Source: Camelus ferus
Lineage: Eukaryota
DNA length: 64,000 nt
NCBI RefSeq assembly: GCF_009834535.1
Contig: NC_045696.1
Span: 24,864,001 to 24,928,000, forward strand
Direction of reading: 5' to 3'
The translations under genes and the position numbers were made by a program. The notes under the pieces are model-generated. The model worked only from the letters and a program-made list of their open reading frames with translations, was not told the DNA's origin and did not search any database. Below are positions 60,701 to 64,000 of the stretch, piece by piece. Numbering within the stretch: position 1 is the first letter of the stretch; each line of letters opens with the position of its first letter.

Positions 60701-62999
60701 GTTTGAAAAAGCAGCAATTTAATCTTTATGGCATTTACACCTAAATTTGCACTCATGTTATTGGTGTTAATATTTAAATACATTCTGTGTGTACAAAGGT
60801 AAGAGAAAATACTGTACATATGATGGAGAACAAGTTAGGCATCCTTGTAAACCTACAGCTCAGCTGCTGTTAGCAGAAATAACAGCAAGATGTAACAGCA
60901 AGAAGCCTGCCAGCCAAAAGTGTTAAGCAGTTTTCTAGACAGAAAAGTATGTTAATTCAGGGAGCAAAGTAAGTAGCGGTCAGTTAGAAGATCAAGTATT
61001 TGACTGTAAGTTTTGCTTAGGATCCTACTAAAAAGGAAACATAACACTCCCAATAATTTTCTCCTTACTTCCCTGGCTATTACTTCAATATTTTGTGAAA
61101 GCTACCACCATCCACTGGTTTATCCAAGATCTATGGGTCATACTCAACAAATTTTCCTCTACTCCAATGTACACTTATTCTCCATAGCCAATCTCTTCCA
61201 ACTCTTAACCTCTCTATAACCCTTTCTTTCTATCACCATTGATGGTGCCTGATTTCAGCATCTCATGTCATTGGAAGTTTTGCCTCCCTTCTAAATATCT
61301 TCCACCCTGTTGTGTGAGTGCTCGAAGACACACATCTAAACATGCCATTCTTTTACCTGAAGTTCTATGTCTTCCTACAGCCATAATGAAGAAGTCCAAA
61401 TAGCTTAGCACGTTCTATGGACCCTGTTGTGATAAAATTTAGTTCTCTTTGTAGCCTTCTCTGCTTTTCCTTTCATTCCATTTTCTCCAACCATATTGAG
61501 CTAATGAACGTTCCTATACGATCTCCTGCTTCTCTCACCTCCAAGCTCTCCTGGCTTGAAGAGATGTCCTTTCCTGACTGTCACAGCCATATAATCCTCC
61601 ATTTCTATTGCTAATTTTTTGTTCTTCTGATCACAACACTCTATCACCACTTTTGAAAAATTTTCTTGATATTCCCAATCTGAACTGTGTACATGCTCAT
61701 CAGCTTCTGGAGACTGACCATTCTGCACTTTCCTTGCTTGTCAGTACACTAGGCTGGAAACTAACTCCTTATAGGCGGGGGCCAGGATTTATTCCATTTT
61801 TATAATGCCTAACACAGGGCCTATTGTCAGAAACACACTGTAGGGCTATAATGACTGAGGAACAATACATATTGTAGGGACACATAAAGGCTTGGAGTAT
61901 GTAAAAAAAAATGTGATAAACAGGAGAGGGTCAATGAATTTGGCATCTGTAGATGAAAAGCAAGAGTAGAAGAGGTGATGGGGATACTTGAAACACTGGG
62001 AAAATACATTCAAAAGGCAAAAACTTGATCCTAGGTGCTTAGAGGTGAAGTTTAGAGAGAAATACTTGAAGGCATAGCTCAGAGAATTGAGTAGGTAACA
62101 GAGCCCAGGAACCACAGTCAGTGCTAACAGTACAGGTAGGGTGTTGCACTGGGGAAGAATGCTGACACAGGATAAACAGAACTCAGGATTAAACGGAAGA
62201 ACAAGCAAGGGGCTGATGGTCTGGATTTCTGCACTGAGAAGAAGGAATAAATCCGGAATGTGAGAAAAGATATAGTTAACATTGCAATGTGATGTGAGAA
62301 CATCCCACTAAAGGTAAAGGTGTTGATGGTAACCATCACTTTACTCACTAACAATAGATTTTTAAATTTTAAAAGTCTTGCTTGAAGACATTCAATTTCA
62401 CCCTAGCTATAAAGTTCTGCTAAGCTTTGATTGGATGTTACTGGTATTCTGAGGCATGGGAAATTGACCACATGGCCACGTGACATATATCTGTAGTTGT
62501 ATCGGCCAGGAAATAATGTTGTAATCATAACTTACACGTAGCAGATTTTACATGTGCTACCCTTTATAAAGCACTGCAAGCACGTTATTACTTTATACTG
62601 TTTTCCTTTACTGCATTTGTCTTTCTTGTTACTGATTGTCATATCTGCTGACTTCATAAATTGTCTTTTCTCAACACTATTCAATCATCTTTTTTCCTTT
62701 GTCAAAACTTTTAAGTCTCAGGGTCTCCAAGAGAATATTCCAGACAAGCCTCATCAGTTTCCAGTCACTGATACACCATTGTGATCTCATCCTTAGAGGC
62801 TTTCCTTTCCCCTTCTCAATTTAACACAGCTTTCAAATATGGTTTCCAGTAAAATGGAGTTGTTTATATGGTTTTATATTTCTTCCCGCGCCTTTATAAG
62901 CATTTATCCATATTGACATTGATTTCTATCTGGCCACGAACTGTTCAAGTTAAAAAAGATTGTACAAGATGGCTAATCTTTATCAAGAGCCATATCATC

Positions 63000-63420
63000 T
63001 CAAAAAAGAGGCACAAATTGATGCATATGTTAAAACTAAGGCATAGACTAAGGAGCCTTTCCCCCAAATCACACAGCTACTAAGGGGATGAGCTAGAATT
63101 TGAATCCAAAGCCCATGCTTTTAACCATCATTTGTACTTCTTTCCTAAATTAAACTCTACTAGTTGATGACTTCAAGTCTCAACAATGCCACTCATTATC
63201 TGGATGTTATTATAACTCACTATAAATACCTTGATTTCCTTCTTTGTAAAATGAAAGTCAGTATATACCTCATAGATTTATTGTAATGATTCCATGACAT
63301 AACACATGAAGACTTTGGAAGGAACCGGAAAGTGGCAAGCTTTTATTTGCTCAATGGTGTATCAATGTTGTGTATGGTTGATGCTAAGTATGTTTTGATT
63401 AATGGATGAATGGAATGTTC
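63000..63420. mobile_element. MIR fragments
   Basis: aaactaaggcataga...cccaaatcacacagctactaaggggatgagctagaatttgaatccaa; ccttgatttccttctttgtaaaatgaaag...tacctcatagatttattgtaatgatt. Confidence 0.65.
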
Positions 63421-64000
63421 ATGCTTAATAGTGTTCAACACATTAATATGAAGTTAATAAGTGTAGTTATTTAGTTGTTGACTAATAATTATTTTGCTTT
63501 TTAGTGTTTTTTGGCCAAAGATTTTTAAGTCTCCTCAATAGTTTAAGCATTTTTTTTAAGTTTGGAAGAATTCTTAAAGGTATCTTATTTTATACTTTCC
63601 TTAGTAAATGCTAAATTCCTTCATGTAGGAGAGAGCTATGTTATTGTTGGTACAATGGCTTAATATTCACTTTTATTCCCTGTGTTCTGGTTGTGATTTA
63701 ATTGGTATTTAGAACAAAGCTTGCTACTTATTATATGCTTTCATAATTGCAAATTTGTGTTTTAATATCTTCTACACATATATTGTGCTTTCCTTTACCT
63801 CCTTAAATCTTCCACTGTTTCATAATCATGGCATTTGAAATCTCATAAAATGTTATTTGGGGGCTTGCTGGAAATGTCATCTACATAGTAATGGTTTAAG
63901 TTTGTGCATCTTTAAAGCATAATAGGAGATGGAATTCATAGCAGAGTAATAAACATCTCTCTTTAGGGTATGGACTTGTGATTGGTATGACTTTGCGCCC

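Noticed and set aside
38300..64000. Second gene or processed pseudogene downstream of LIPI
   Set aside because: The ORFs there (for example 52203..52418, 59608..59796, 41659..42042) have no recognisable motifs or coherent exon chain. A translated homology search would be needed to exclude faint pseudogenes.
1..64000. CRISPR arrays, operons or prokaryotic defence systems
   Set aside because: This is mammalian intron-rich DNA with no repeat-spacer arrays or dense coding blocks.

Overview
This is AT-rich, CpG-poor mammalian genomic DNA, most likely camelid (alpaca/camel), inferred from two tRNA-Ala-derived vic-1-type SINEs and no recognisable Alu, Bov-tA or PRE1 elements. On the + strand it contains nine coding exons (5813-37762) of an apparently intact LIPI gene (lipase I / membrane-associated PA-selective phospholipase A1-beta). 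All eight introns between them are GT-AG and splice in frame, the Ser-Asp-His triad is intact, and the 12-residue lid is present. The signal-peptide exon was not found and probably lies upstream of the window. The rest is intron and about 26 kb of downstream intergenic DNA filled with L1, L2, MIR, MaLR LTR and Tigger-type remnants plus microsatellites. Almost all ORFs in the supplied track are spurious or decayed L1. I found no convincing new biological system. The best unexplained structures are an 86-bp near-perfect inverted repeat (57625-57710), an apparent ~400-bp micro-inversion splitting an L1 3' end (8705-9211) and a tiny inverted triplication (23469-23512). Repeat family names and boundaries were assigned by eye from remembered consensus sequences and are approximate; exon numbering assumes one missing upstream coding exon.
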